This document shows, one piece after another, positions 30,013-38,820 of a DNA stretch of 64,000 bases. The translations under genes were made by a program, and so were the position numbers. The notes under the pieces were generated by a model that saw only the letters and a list, made by a program, of their open reading frames with translations, ran no database searches and was not told the origin of the DNA. Positions within the stretch are counted from its first letter, which is position 1. Each line of letters begins with the position of its first letter. Origin of the DNA: Planctomycetota bacterium (lineage in GTDB: Bacteria > Planctomycetota > GCA-002687715 > DRQF01); assembly GCA_036479435.1 (NCBI GenBank), contig JAZGFI010000170.1, positions 1-64,000 of the forward strand, written 5' to 3'.

Positions 30013-30819
30013 TTATCGACGCGAAAAGGTCCGGTTGTGGCGGCTCTGACGGCGGCCTGACCGGCGATTCACCCTGGTCACCGGCTGGCGGTGGCCGTAG
30101 CCTCGCTTTCGGTTGGCGAGAGCTCGCGAGGTCCGACGCAATTCATCTTTCGCCCGGCTCAGGGCCAACTCGCTGCGATCACAGCGGCATTGGAGTCGGC
30201 TGATCCGGCGGTCTAGTCGATTCAAGTCCTCAAGACGCTCTGCACAGGCGCGGCGCAAGCCGATGATCCGGTCGCAAAGTTCGTCGTAGCGAGCTTTTTC
30301 ATCAGCCAGTCTGTGTTCGGTGTCCGCAAGGTCACGGCGAAGGGCACGCAGCCGACATCTACGGTCTCCGTGGCGGTGGCGGCGGTCGTGACCGAAAGCA
30401 AGGCGTTCGAAGACCGACACGATCTGCTTGAGATCGCTGCGGCGACCGCGACGGCGGCGCCGCGATTCCAAAACTTCGATCTCGTCGTGAAGTTCGTGGT
30501 CGCGAACCTCAAGGTCGGCGATGAGAGACTTCGAGTGAGTGATGGCGTGTTCGAGGCGATCGCGCCTTGAAAACAACAGGTCTTTGTCGCGCAGGATGTC
30601 GACGCGAGTGTGTTCCAAATCGGCCAAACGGATCTTGGTCGCGTTGTAGTTTTTTTGGGCCTCGACCAAGCGTTGTACGGCGATGCGCCGCGCATTCGTG
30701 TAGGGATCGACCTGGCGGTGGCGTTGCGCCCGAACGCTCGGGCGGCTCCCCTGGTACTGAGCGAAGAGGGGCGAGGAGATCGCGCAGGACGCGAGGAGGA
30801 TGGCGGATAAGAACTTCAT
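30013..30819 (-). CDS. Secreted Arg-rich coiled-coil protein
   Basis: AAAGGAGG RBS, signal peptide MKFLSAILLASCAISSPLFA, long heptad repeats. Confidence 0.75.
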   Translation of the reverse strand: MKFLSAILLASCAISSPLFAQYQGSRPSVRAQRHRQVDPYTNARRIAVQRLVEAQKNYNATKIRLADLEHTRVDILRDKDLLFSRRDRLEHAITHSKSLIADLEVRDHELHDEIEVLESRRRRRGRRSDLKQIVSVFERLAFGHDRRHRHGDRRCRLRALRRDLADTEHRLADEKARYDELCDRIIGLRRACAERLEDLNRLDRRISRLQCRCDRSELALSRAKDELRRTSRALANRKRGYGHRQPVTRVNRRSGRRQSRHNRTFSRR

Positions 30820-30892
30820 GGTGAGGCCTCCTTTGCATTCGGGGGTTCTTTGCCTTTTTTCAAAGCGCGTCGAACCCAACGCCCTTCCTTTC

Positions 30893-30907
30893 GCGAAGCC
30901 CGTGCCG
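30893..30907 (-). promoter_or_regulatory. Putative sigma-54 (-24/-12) promoter
   Basis: CGGCACGGGCTTCGC (GG-N10-GC) about 75 nt upstream of the start, with an AT-rich IHF-like tract further upstream. Confidence 0.4.
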
Positions 30908-31122
30908 GAACCCTTAAGTTCGACCCACAGAGTCGTTAAGTGATGATATATATGTGGCTTAGGAGTTTTTTCGCCTGTCGAGTGAGGCGATCGGAGGCCT
31001 CCGGGGTAGGGGAGATGTCTACTGGGGAGGTCACTTGGTGTCCCAGAATCTGCCGCTACGATTCCCTGTAATAAGAGCGGTCGATACAACTTATCTCAAA
31101 TGACACTTTAGGGAGTTCAACG

Positions 31123-31923
31123 ATGTCCATTCGCCTTCAGTCCCTCCTCTTCTTGTTGCTAGCGGGCGCGATGTGCCTGCCGGCTTGCCAGACCAATCCC
31201 GTGACCGGACGTTCGAGTCTGAACATGGTGCCAGACTCCACTCTCAACAGTTTGGGAGCCCAGGGTTACCAAGAAGTGTTGAGCAAAGAGCCCCTCAGTC
31301 GCGATGCTCGGAAGACCGAGATTGTGCGGCGCGTCGCCCAGCGCATCGCGGCCGTGAGCCCGGTTCAAATGGACTGGGAGATCTCGCTGATCGAAAGCAA
31401 TCAGGCGAACGCCTTCGTTTTGCCGGGCGGCAAGATCGTGGTCTACACCGGCATCTTGCCCATCTGTGAAACCGAAGCGGGCTTGGCCTTTGTCTTGGGC
31501 CATGAAGTTGGGCACGCGGTCGCAAAACACGGCGGCGAGCGGATGACGCAGTCCTTGTTGATCCAAGGCGGACTTACCGCGGCTAGCCTATCTTTGGGCG
31601 ACAGCCAAAACGCTCCCATGATCATGGGGGCTCTTGGCCTGGGCGCGCAATATGGAGTCGCGTTGCCGTTTTCGAGATCGCACGAGAGCGAAGCCGATGA
31701 GATGGGCATCTTATTCATGGCCGAAGCTGGCTATGATCCCCGCGTAGCCCCTGATCTTTGGGTTCGCATGGGACAAGCCTCGGGCGGCCAAGCCCCCCCG
31801 GAGTTCACTTCAACTCATCCCGCCAACGAGCGGCGCACAAGGGACCTGCAAGGGCACATGGATCAGGCCATGAAGATCTATGACGCCAGCGCCAAGAAGT
31901 ACGGAGTCGGCGTCAAGCTCTAA
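31123..31923 (+). CDS. M48-family metallopeptidase lipoprotein
   Basis: LPAC lipobox then TNPVTGR; NAFVLPGG, HEVGH, ESEAD, STHP. Confidence 0.93.
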   Translation: MSIRLQSLLFLLLAGAMCLPACQTNPVTGRSSLNMVPDSTLNSLGAQGYQEVLSKEPLSRDARKTEIVRRVAQRIAAVSPVQMDWEISLIESNQANAFVLPGGKIVVYTGILPICETEAGLAFVLGHEVGHAVAKHGGERMTQSLLIQGGLTAASLSLGDSQNAPMIMGALGLGAQYGVALPFSRSHESEADEMGILFMAEAGYDPRVAPDLWVRMGQASGGQAPPEFTSTHPANERRTRDLQGHMDQAMKIYDASAKKYGVGVKL

Positions 31924-31945
31924 GCCTTCATCCTGAATGAGCATG

Positions 31946-31979
31946 AAAAAAGGGCCGCTCCGAGGAGCGGCCCTTTTTT
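31946..31979. terminator. Bidirectional intrinsic terminator
   Basis: A6-GGGCCGCTC-loop-GAGCGGCCC-T6 between convergent genes. Confidence 0.92.
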
Positions 31980-32011
31980 GTTGGTTCTTCGAACCCCTAA
32001 AGACGGCGGTC

Positions 32012-33151
32012 TTAAGGAATCGTCATGATCTGAAGCTGACTGGTGAAGAAGGGCAACACCGGGTTGGTGGGGTAACCCAAGACCTGGGTGAAGATCTGAA
32101 TGCCTGAAGGCAACAGTCCCGCCGGGATGACGAGCGCGTTGACCTTGCAGTTCACCGGGTGTCCCGTCATCGGCGGCACGCCGTAGTCGATCACGCCGAT
32201 CGAGTTCGCGACGTTGAAGTCACCGATCAGCACGATGGGCTGGTTCGGGACGCTCACGATCGGGAAGGGAATCGGGTTCAAGAACAGCGAGAAGAGCAAG
32301 CAGCAGCCGTATCCGTCCAAGAGGCCGAATTCGGTGGGGTAGCTGATGTCGCCGTTCATCAGAACTTCGGGATCGCCGATGAGCCAGTTGTTCGGGATCG
32401 GGAAGCACTCGGGAGGAGCGACTTCGAGAACCACGAGCGCCGGCAAGAAGTCTTCGCCAATGCCGTCATCTTCGAGCGAGCCCATGAAGACGTGGAGACC
32501 GATGCTCTCAGTCGGGACGCCAAACATGGCCGTGATAGCCGAGAAGTTGGGGATGGTGAACTCAATGTCACCAGCGCCAGCGACGGGCATAGCCGGGATC
32601 GGTCCGACGTTGGCGGGCAAGGTGGCACCGAAGCGGTTGTAGGGGTCACTCAAAACGGCCTGGCCGGGAAAGGCCACGGTGCCATCGAAAACGGCAACGG
32701 TGAATCCAGAGAGATCGGCGCCGGCGGGCACGCCTGCGACAAAGTCAATGATACCGTCGGAGTTGAGGTCCATTCCGAAGGTAAAGGACTCAGTTCCACC
32801 GAAGTTCGCGCTATCAATGCCACCGTTCGCGGTGATCGAGGGATCGGTCACGCCGCCATCGCCGTTGCCATCTGCGTCACCTGCGATACCGAAGGTGTCG
32901 ATGCCGACGAAGAGCGTGTCGGAATCATCGTGGTAGCTGAAAGCAACGCTGTTGATGTCCCAGCCGCTCACGACGCCGGGGATGGCCGCAGCGAGGTTGG
33001 CGGGGATACCGACGTCCATACCACCGGGATCAAGGGTGATTTGGGCACCCGCGAAGTCGGTCGCGACATCGCCGGTGAAGGTGATGACTTGCGCGCTGGC
33101 CAGGCCAGCGATCAAGAGCAGGGCAGCGAACCCCATCGTTAACTGTTTCAT
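32012..33151 (-). CDS. Secreted acidic protein with DxDxDG-like Ca-binding loops and a C-terminal shared module
   Basis: Signal peptide ASA-Q; GDADGNGDGG, DLNSDGIID; C-terminal IFTQVLGYPTNPVLPFFTSQ. Confidence 0.75.
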   Translation of the reverse strand: MKQLTMGFAALLLIAGLASAQVITFTGDVATDFAGAQITLDPGGMDVGIPANLAAAIPGVVSGWDINSVAFSYHDDSDTLFVGIDTFGIAGDADGNGDGGVTDPSITANGGIDSANFGGTESFTFGMDLNSDGIIDFVAGVPAGADLSGFTVAVFDGTVAFPGQAVLSDPYNRFGATLPANVGPIPAMPVAGAGDIEFTIPNFSAITAMFGVPTESIGLHVFMGSLEDDGIGEDFLPALVVLEVAPPECFPIPNNWLIGDPEVLMNGDISYPTEFGLLDGYGCCLLFSLFLNPIPFPIVSVPNQPIVLIGDFNVANSIGVIDYGVPPMTGHPVNCKVNALVIPAGLLPSGIQIFTQVLGYPTNPVLPFFTSQLQIMTIP

Positions 33152-33615
33152 GTATCTACTTCCTCTCTCGTCGAAGATGATGCTCAGGATGACCTTGAGG
33201 CGAGTCGGCGTTGGCCAGCTCAGCTTTCACGTCTGAATATGTTGTTTGTTCGAAAAGACAAATGTCGAATTGGGGAAAACACCTGCCAGCCTGCACCATT
33301 TGGTTTGGCGCAGATGCTTTCTGAACTCCGGGATAGTACTGACTGAGGGCCTGGGCACGCAAAGAAATTCCAATCTTGCTGCGGCCTTAGGCCGGTTCTC
33401 GAGCTGCTCGCCTCTTGCAGCCAAAAGCCAGGTCATAACCTCCTGTTAATAGCGTGTTTGCGCTCAAAGGAGGTAATTTGTCCCAGGGCCATTGTTTTGT
33501 GAATTTTCCGTAAACGAAGCAAATTAAGCTCTTTGAGTGGGGCCAAAACTCCCTTTTTGATGGGACTGAGTCGTTGCGGGCCTCATTTTTTGTCCCTCGA
33601 GGTCGACGGTTGCGA

Positions 33616-34296
33616 TCAAGCCTTTTTTTGAGCCACGAGGGCGAGACTGCCCACTCGTTGCCGAAAATCCTCGATGGCCCGGCGCTCGGATTCCGACTGG
33701 CCAGTCGTCTCAACGGCACGTGGATCGAGACAACGAAATCGCTCGCTGACTGCAAAGCCGTTTTCCTCGAGATGTCGTACCCATTCTTCGGCTGAAAGAA
33801 GGGTCATCTTGACGTCGAGTTCCTGAGGCCAGGAATGGCAATGAGGGTTTTCGGCGTAGTAGTCCGTCGCGACATAAAGGCGGCCTTTCGGCTTGAGGAC
33901 TCGCGCGATTTCTCTAAGCGCAGCATCGAAGTCGGTGGCGTAGTAAAGCGCCTCCATGCTGAAGATTTCTTCGAACTTGGCGTTGCTAAAAGGCAGCTTA
34001 GAGAAGCTTGCTCTGATGAACTGCAGGCGCGCGTCGCCGTGGCGTCGCGCCTTGGCGATCATGTTCTTGGCGAGGTCGACGCCCGTGACTTGGACCGGCG
34101 GCTTAGCGGCGATGCTTTGGCTGAGCATCCACCGTGCGGCCCAGCCGTTTCCACAACCCAAATCCAAGACATGAGTGCCGGCATTCAATTCCATACGACT
34201 CAGAAGTTGGGCTGCCCTCGGAAAGTGGCCGGACTCCATACCCTTGTCTCGGCCTCGTTGCGCCCATTCATCGAAGATTTCTTCAGCTGTTTTCAC
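33616..34296 (-). CDS. Class I SAM-dependent methyltransferase
   Basis: VLDLGCGNG, GVDLA, LPF, IARVLKPKG. Confidence 0.9.
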   Translation of the reverse strand: MKTAEEIFDEWAQRGRDKGMESGHFPRAAQLLSRMELNAGTHVLDLGCGNGWAARWMLSQSIAAKPPVQVTGVDLAKNMIAKARRHGDARLQFIRASFSKLPFSNAKFEEIFSMEALYYATDFDAALREIARVLKPKGRLYVATDYYAENPHCHSWPQELDVKMTLLSAEEWVRHLEENGFAVSERFRCLDPRAVETTGQSESERRAIEDFRQRVGSLALVAQKKA

Positions 34297-34367
34297 GGCA
34301 AGCCTCGTTTCCTGTCAGAGGCTTATGGCATGAACGAGCTACCTTTTGCAACCACTCGGGGAGCTAT

Positions 34368-35123
34368 ATGGCTGAAAATGACTCTGCCCAGGTCGGGCTG
34401 TTGCTCGACTTTGAAAACCTCGTGATTCCCTTTCAAAAAAAGAGCGCCTACAAGCCCGGTTCGCTGCCGCTGGCACCGGTGATTGACTTTCTCGAGGAGA
34501 ATTTCGGCAACGTCATTTTTCGTCGCGCCTATGCCGATTGGTCGAACCCCCCCTTCAAGGCTTACGAGAGAACTTTGCAAGACATGGGGGTCGAGATGAT
34601 CCACGTTTGTCGCCGTACCCGTGCCTCGAAGAAGAACGGTGCCGACATTCTCTTGACGGCTGACGCCGTCGAGTGCCTGCTCTTGCGCCCCTTCATTACC
34701 GACTACGCAATCGTCAGTGGCGATAGCGATATCGGTCCCTTGGTGACGAAACTCAAATCCCACGGCAAGACGGTGATCGTCATCGGTCCGGACAAAGAAT
34801 CAACCGCCAAGCACGTCATCGAGCTGGCGGATCGTTTCAAGTTCTATGCCGACATTGCGCAGCCACCCTCTGAACGCCCCTCGACGCGAGGTCGGCGTAG
34901 TCGCCTCAGTCCCGAAATGGCGGTGGTCAGGATTTTGGAGGAGCGCAACGAAGCGATGGAAAGCGCGTCCTTGAAGCGAGAGCTCTGCAGCCAGCCGGGA
35001 TTTGCCGACTTCAATCAAAAGGCCTTCGGGTTTAGGACCTGGACGAGTTTTCTGCGTTCGATCGATGGTGTCGTGATCCAGCATCGCAGCGACCTCGGCG
35101 TCGAAGTTGACCTTCGCGATTAA
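34368..35123 (+). CDS. NYN (LabA/DUF88 PIN-fold) domain protein with a C-terminal OST-HTH/LOTUS-like domain
   Basis: LDFEN, RAYADW, KNGADILL, VSGDSDI, ADRFKFY; C-terminal FNQKAFGFRTWTSFL. Confidence 0.88.
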   Translation: MAENDSAQVGLLLDFENLVIPFQKKSAYKPGSLPLAPVIDFLEENFGNVIFRRAYADWSNPPFKAYERTLQDMGVEMIHVCRRTRASKKNGADILLTADAVECLLLRPFITDYAIVSGDSDIGPLVTKLKSHGKTVIVIGPDKESTAKHVIELADRFKFYADIAQPPSERPSTRGRRSRLSPEMAVVRILEERNEAMESASLKRELCSQPGFADFNQKAFGFRTWTSFLRSIDGVVIQHRSDLGVEVDLRD

Positions 35124-35497
35124 GCGGTCGATTTCGATTGAGAATTGTGTCGAGAGATGAAACGATGTCACGTCGGCTCAGGCGGCCGGGGCCGATCGCG
35201 TCGAGCTGCTCGCAGATTTAGGAGCGGGTGGCCTAAGCGCTAGCATCGGCTTTCTCGAACTCGCGGTGAGCGCGGCCCCGCAGCTTGAGTGTGTCGCCTT
35301 GATTCGATCTCGTGCCGGAGATTTTCGCTACGACCCCGGCGAAATGGAGGTCATGCATCGCTATTTCCAGCGCGCGGCGGGATAGGGGATTTCGTCTTTG
35401 GCCTTGGGAGCCATTATTCACAGCAGCGACAGGTCTCTATTGCCCCCGAGCCGCGGATTTCGCCATCATCAAGTCTTTGTGCGACATCGTTGCCTAA
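35107..35497 (+). pseudogene. cutC: Degraded cutC (copper homeostasis protein family) remnant
   Basis: One frame reads IENCVER*NDVTSAQAAGADRVELLADLGAGGLSASIG...LIRSRAGDFRY...EMEVM, matching the CutC N-terminus. It has a TGA at 35158, a frameshift into GDFVFG, and most of the barrel is missing. Confidence 0.75.
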
Positions 35498-35538
35498 CTC
35501 GCCAGCTTGGCAAGAAGGGCTAAGTCGGGAGCCCTAGA

Positions 35539-36426
35539 CTATTCACTTTCAAGCCGACTGATGAGAGCATTGACAAAGTCGGTCGCGGCTTGCGGGCGGT
35601 GACGAAAAAACAATGAGGGCTCTATTTGCTCGAATTCGTTCAGCATCGGACGGCCGTCTGATGCAAACAACAGGTCTACGCGCGCATAGAGTGCGCGCGC
35701 GGGAAGCACTTTCAATAGGGACTCAGCCAGCTCAAGAGCTGCAGCGGGAGGCGTGACGGGAAAGTCCTTCGCGCCAAAGTCGTCTTGGACTCGATAGTCT
35801 CCGGCCACCGGGACTTTTTGCACGGCGTGGCTGAATTCGTGATCAAAGTAAATCAGGGACAACTCGCCTTTTGTCTGCACCGACTTAAGAAATGGTTGCA
35901 GCAAAAAGATGCCGTCGCCTTGGTGCTCATCGAGGTGTTGTTGAGCAGTCTCGATGGACTCGGCATTGTCGTTGAAGGGGAGCGTTTGCTGAGACCCGAC
36001 GCCGACTGCGGGCTTTAGGAACGCAGATCTCCAGCCTTTTTCCTTGAGAATGACAGCGAGCTCATGCCGAGTTCCAGATTCGAGCCAATGGGTGGGAACA
36101 GTTGGGATGCCGGCCGCTTCCAGCGCTCGCAAGTAGCGTTTGTCGAGATTGGCTTCGATCAAGACCAAAGGATTGAACAAGCGGATCTTGACCGCGGTCG
36201 AGCGCAGCCAGTTTCGAAAATCCTCTAGGTGTTGGGTGTAGTCCCAAGTGGTTCGCACCAAGCAGGCGTCGAAACTCGACCAGTTCGCTTTAGGGTCGTT
36301 CCAAACAACCGGCGTATGATCGATTCCACGCTTTTTCAGAGCCGCATGCAGGAAATCATCGTCGCATTCGAACTCGGGGAGCGTCGAACAGGTTGCCAGC
36401 GCAATCTTCCACGACTTCAGACTCAT
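35539..36426 (-). CDS. ATP-grasp (RimK/glutathione synthetase-like) protein
   Basis: RTTWDY, NLDKRYL, LKPAVG, LQPFL, DYRVQDDFG, YARVD, NEFEQIEPSLF. Confidence 0.88.
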   Translation of the reverse strand: MSLKSWKIALATCSTLPEFECDDDFLHAALKKRGIDHTPVVWNDPKANWSSFDACLVRTTWDYTQHLEDFRNWLRSTAVKIRLFNPLVLIEANLDKRYLRALEAAGIPTVPTHWLESGTRHELAVILKEKGWRSAFLKPAVGVGSQQTLPFNDNAESIETAQQHLDEHQGDGIFLLQPFLKSVQTKGELSLIYFDHEFSHAVQKVPVAGDYRVQDDFGAKDFPVTPPAAALELAESLLKVLPARALYARVDLLFASDGRPMLNEFEQIEPSLFFRHRPQAATDFVNALISRLESE

Positions 36427-36477
36427 TTGGGACCTCCGTTCAGCTCAGACTCATCTTAGTTGCTATTGTCTCGCTCT

Positions 36478-38754
36478 ATGGTCGAATCAACAAGCAAGTC
36501 GGAGTCTGAGATCGACACCGCTCCAGTCGCGATGATGTCCGGCGCGATGGAGGTGGCGAGGTGGCGCGTGTTCCTGGGGGTCACGTTTATCCTCGTCACT
36601 TTGGGATTCGCCTACCGCTCAGTTTGGGAGGCCGGGTTCATCTGGGACGACGATGCTTACGTCGAAAACAATCGGACCTTGCGGAGCCCGGAAGGCCTCG
36701 CGAAGATCTGGACCGATCCCAAAGCGACTCCCCAGTACTACCCCTTGGTTCACAGCTCTTACTGGATCGAATACAGATTTGCCGAGCAGAACCCAAGAAC
36801 CTACCACCTCACAAACGTAATCCTGCACGCGCTGAGCGCGATGTGTTTGTGGGGCCTGCTCGCACGGCTTCGGCTCCCCGGGGCCTTTTGGGCCGCCTTG
36901 TTGTTCGCGCTCCATCCGGTCCAGGTCGAATCTGTCGCTTGGATTACGGAGCGAAAAAACGTCCTTTCGGGCCTGTTCTACTTCCTCACGTTTCACGCTT
37001 GGCTGAGTTTTAGATCGCCGCCTGATCGTCGGCGCTACTGGCCGGCCTACGCACTTACCTTATTGCTGTTTGCCGCCGCGATTCTCTCAAAAACCGTGAC
37101 CTGTACCTGGCCTTGTGTTGCGGCCCTCGTGATTTGGTGGAAGTCGGGACGCCTTCGTTGGCGCGATCTTTTGGAACTCGCGCCCTTTTTATGGCTGGGG
37201 GTCATGCAGGGCCTATTGACGGCGAAGCTGGAGACGACCCATGTCCTTGCCGTTGGCGAGGCCTGGGACATCAGTTTTGGCGAGCGTATCCTGATTGCGG
37301 GTCGCGCCATCTGGTTTTATTTGGGCAAAGTTGTTTGGCCTTACCCTTTGGCTTTTTCCTACGAACGATGGTCGCTCAGTACGGGCGCATGGATGCAATG
37401 GCTGGCCCCGATTGCGGTGCTTGTCGCCAGTCTTCGGCTATTTATCTGTCGCCATCGCTGGGGCCGCGGACCGCTCGTCGCCTGGCTTATTTTCATCGGG
37501 ACGCTTTTTCCCGCGCTGGGATTTGTCAACGTCTATCCGATGCGCTTCTCCTTCGTCGCCGACCACTTTCAATACCTCGCTATCGCGGCAGCTATTGCCT
37601 TTTTGGTGGGCGGCGGCGCACGCGTGGCTGCCCGTCGCGGTCGAGTTGGCAGAGCCCTGTTCTTCGTGCTTTGTCTGCTGCTTGCAGCGCTTGCCGCTTG
37701 GCGCACGGCAGAACAAACGCGCATTTACGACAGCCGAGAAACGCTGTGGCGAGACACGATCGACAAGACGCCAGATTCTGGCCTCGCCCACAACAACTTG
37801 GGCATCTTGCTCTTTGGCCGCGGCGAGTTCAGCGAAGCGCTGACACACTTTAGAGCGGCCCTCGTCAGCAATCAAAACGAACCGGAGCTTCGAGCGCAGG
37901 CCGCAACGGCCCTCAGTCGTCTCGGCCGTCATGACGAGGCCACGGCTGAGCTCGAAAAAGCTCTGGAGTTACAACCTGACAACGCCTTTGTCGAAGACGC
38001 CTACGCGAGTTTGTTGATCACGCAGGGACGACATCTGCAAGCTCTGCGAAAAGCCGAACGGGCCTATGTCCTGGACGCACGATTCGCGTCGGCGCTGACG
38101 ACCAAGGGCGTCGCTTTGCACAATTTAGGACGCAGCGCCGAGGCGCTGGAGGCTTTCGATGCCGCGATTGCGCAAGATCCCATGCTCGTCAGTGCCTGGA
38201 ACGGCCGGGGTTTAATCATGATGGTCCTTAACGACACGGATGCGGCGGTCGAGGCTTTCGCCAAGGCTCAGGCACTCGCGCCCCACAACCGCGAGATCGG
38301 GCTGAACCTGGTGCAAGTATTGGGGCGATCAGGGCGGGCTTCGGAGGGATTGCAGTTGCTCCGGTATCTAAGGAACGCGGGTTTGCGCGGGCTCGAAACG
38401 GATCTCGTGGAGGCGGGCCTATTGTTGAAATGTGGCCGCAGCGAAGATGCCTGGCGTCAATATCAACTCATTGCCCGAGCCCCCGCCCACCACGCTATTC
38501 GCCGCGCCGCACGCCGTGGGAGTGTTCGCTGCCTGGCGGCGGCGGGGCGGCATGACGACGCGAAAAAACTCGCTCGCAAAGAGCTGGAGTCCACGCGTTC
38601 CGATCCTGCAGCTTGGCGTCTCCTTGCGGGATTGTCTTTGGCCACCGGCGGGAAGGAGGCCGTCGCCGAGATTTGGCGAGAGGCGCGACTTTGGGCGCAG
38701 CGCGCCGGGCGCGAAGACTTGGTGCACCTTTTCGATGCGGAGGCGGCGAAATAG
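36478..38754 (+). CDS. TMTC-like GT-C membrane glycosyltransferase with TPR repeats
   Basis: FIWDDDAYV, YYPL, HPVQVESVAWITERKN, ADHFQY, many TMs, then TPRs (AHNNLG...). The start codon is uncertain. Confidence 0.85.
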   Translation: MVESTSKSESEIDTAPVAMMSGAMEVARWRVFLGVTFILVTLGFAYRSVWEAGFIWDDDAYVENNRTLRSPEGLAKIWTDPKATPQYYPLVHSSYWIEYRFAEQNPRTYHLTNVILHALSAMCLWGLLARLRLPGAFWAALLFALHPVQVESVAWITERKNVLSGLFYFLTFHAWLSFRSPPDRRRYWPAYALTLLLFAAAILSKTVTCTWPCVAALVIWWKSGRLRWRDLLELAPFLWLGVMQGLLTAKLETTHVLAVGEAWDISFGERILIAGRAIWFYLGKVVWPYPLAFSYERWSLSTGAWMQWLAPIAVLVASLRLFICRHRWGRGPLVAWLIFIGTLFPALGFVNVYPMRFSFVADHFQYLAIAAAIAFLVGGGARVAARRGRVGRALFFVLCLLLAALAAWRTAEQTRIYDSRETLWRDTIDKTPDSGLAHNNLGILLFGRGEFSEALTHFRAALVSNQNEPELRAQAATALSRLGRHDEATAELEKALELQPDNAFVEDAYASLLITQGRHLQALRKAERAYVLDARFASALTTKGVALHNLGRSAEALEAFDAAIAQDPMLVSAWNGRGLIMMVLNDTDAAVEAFAKAQALAPHNREIGLNLVQVLGRSGRASEGLQLLRYLRNAGLRGLETDLVEAGLLLKCGRSEDAWRQYQLIARAPAHHAIRRAARRGSVRCLAAAGRHDDAKKLARKELESTRSDPAAWRLLAGLSLATGGKEAVAEIWREARLWAQRAGREDLVHLFDAEAAK

Positions 38755-38755
38755 A

Positions 38756-38789
38756 ACGAGGCCCCGCGATGATGGTGGCGGGGCCTCGT
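38756..38789. terminator. 12-bp hairpin between convergent genes
   Basis: ACGAGGCCCCGC-N10-GCGGGGCCTCGT, with no clear U-tract. Confidence 0.55.
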
Positions 38790-38820
38790 GCATCGAATTG
38801 CGTGATCGTGGCGACGATCT

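Noticed and set aside
35158..35160. In-frame TGA in the cutC-like frame as a third Sec codon
   Set aside because: It does not align to a Cys (the Cys of ENCV is four codons earlier), and the gene also has a frameshift and a deletion, so it is a nonsense mutation.
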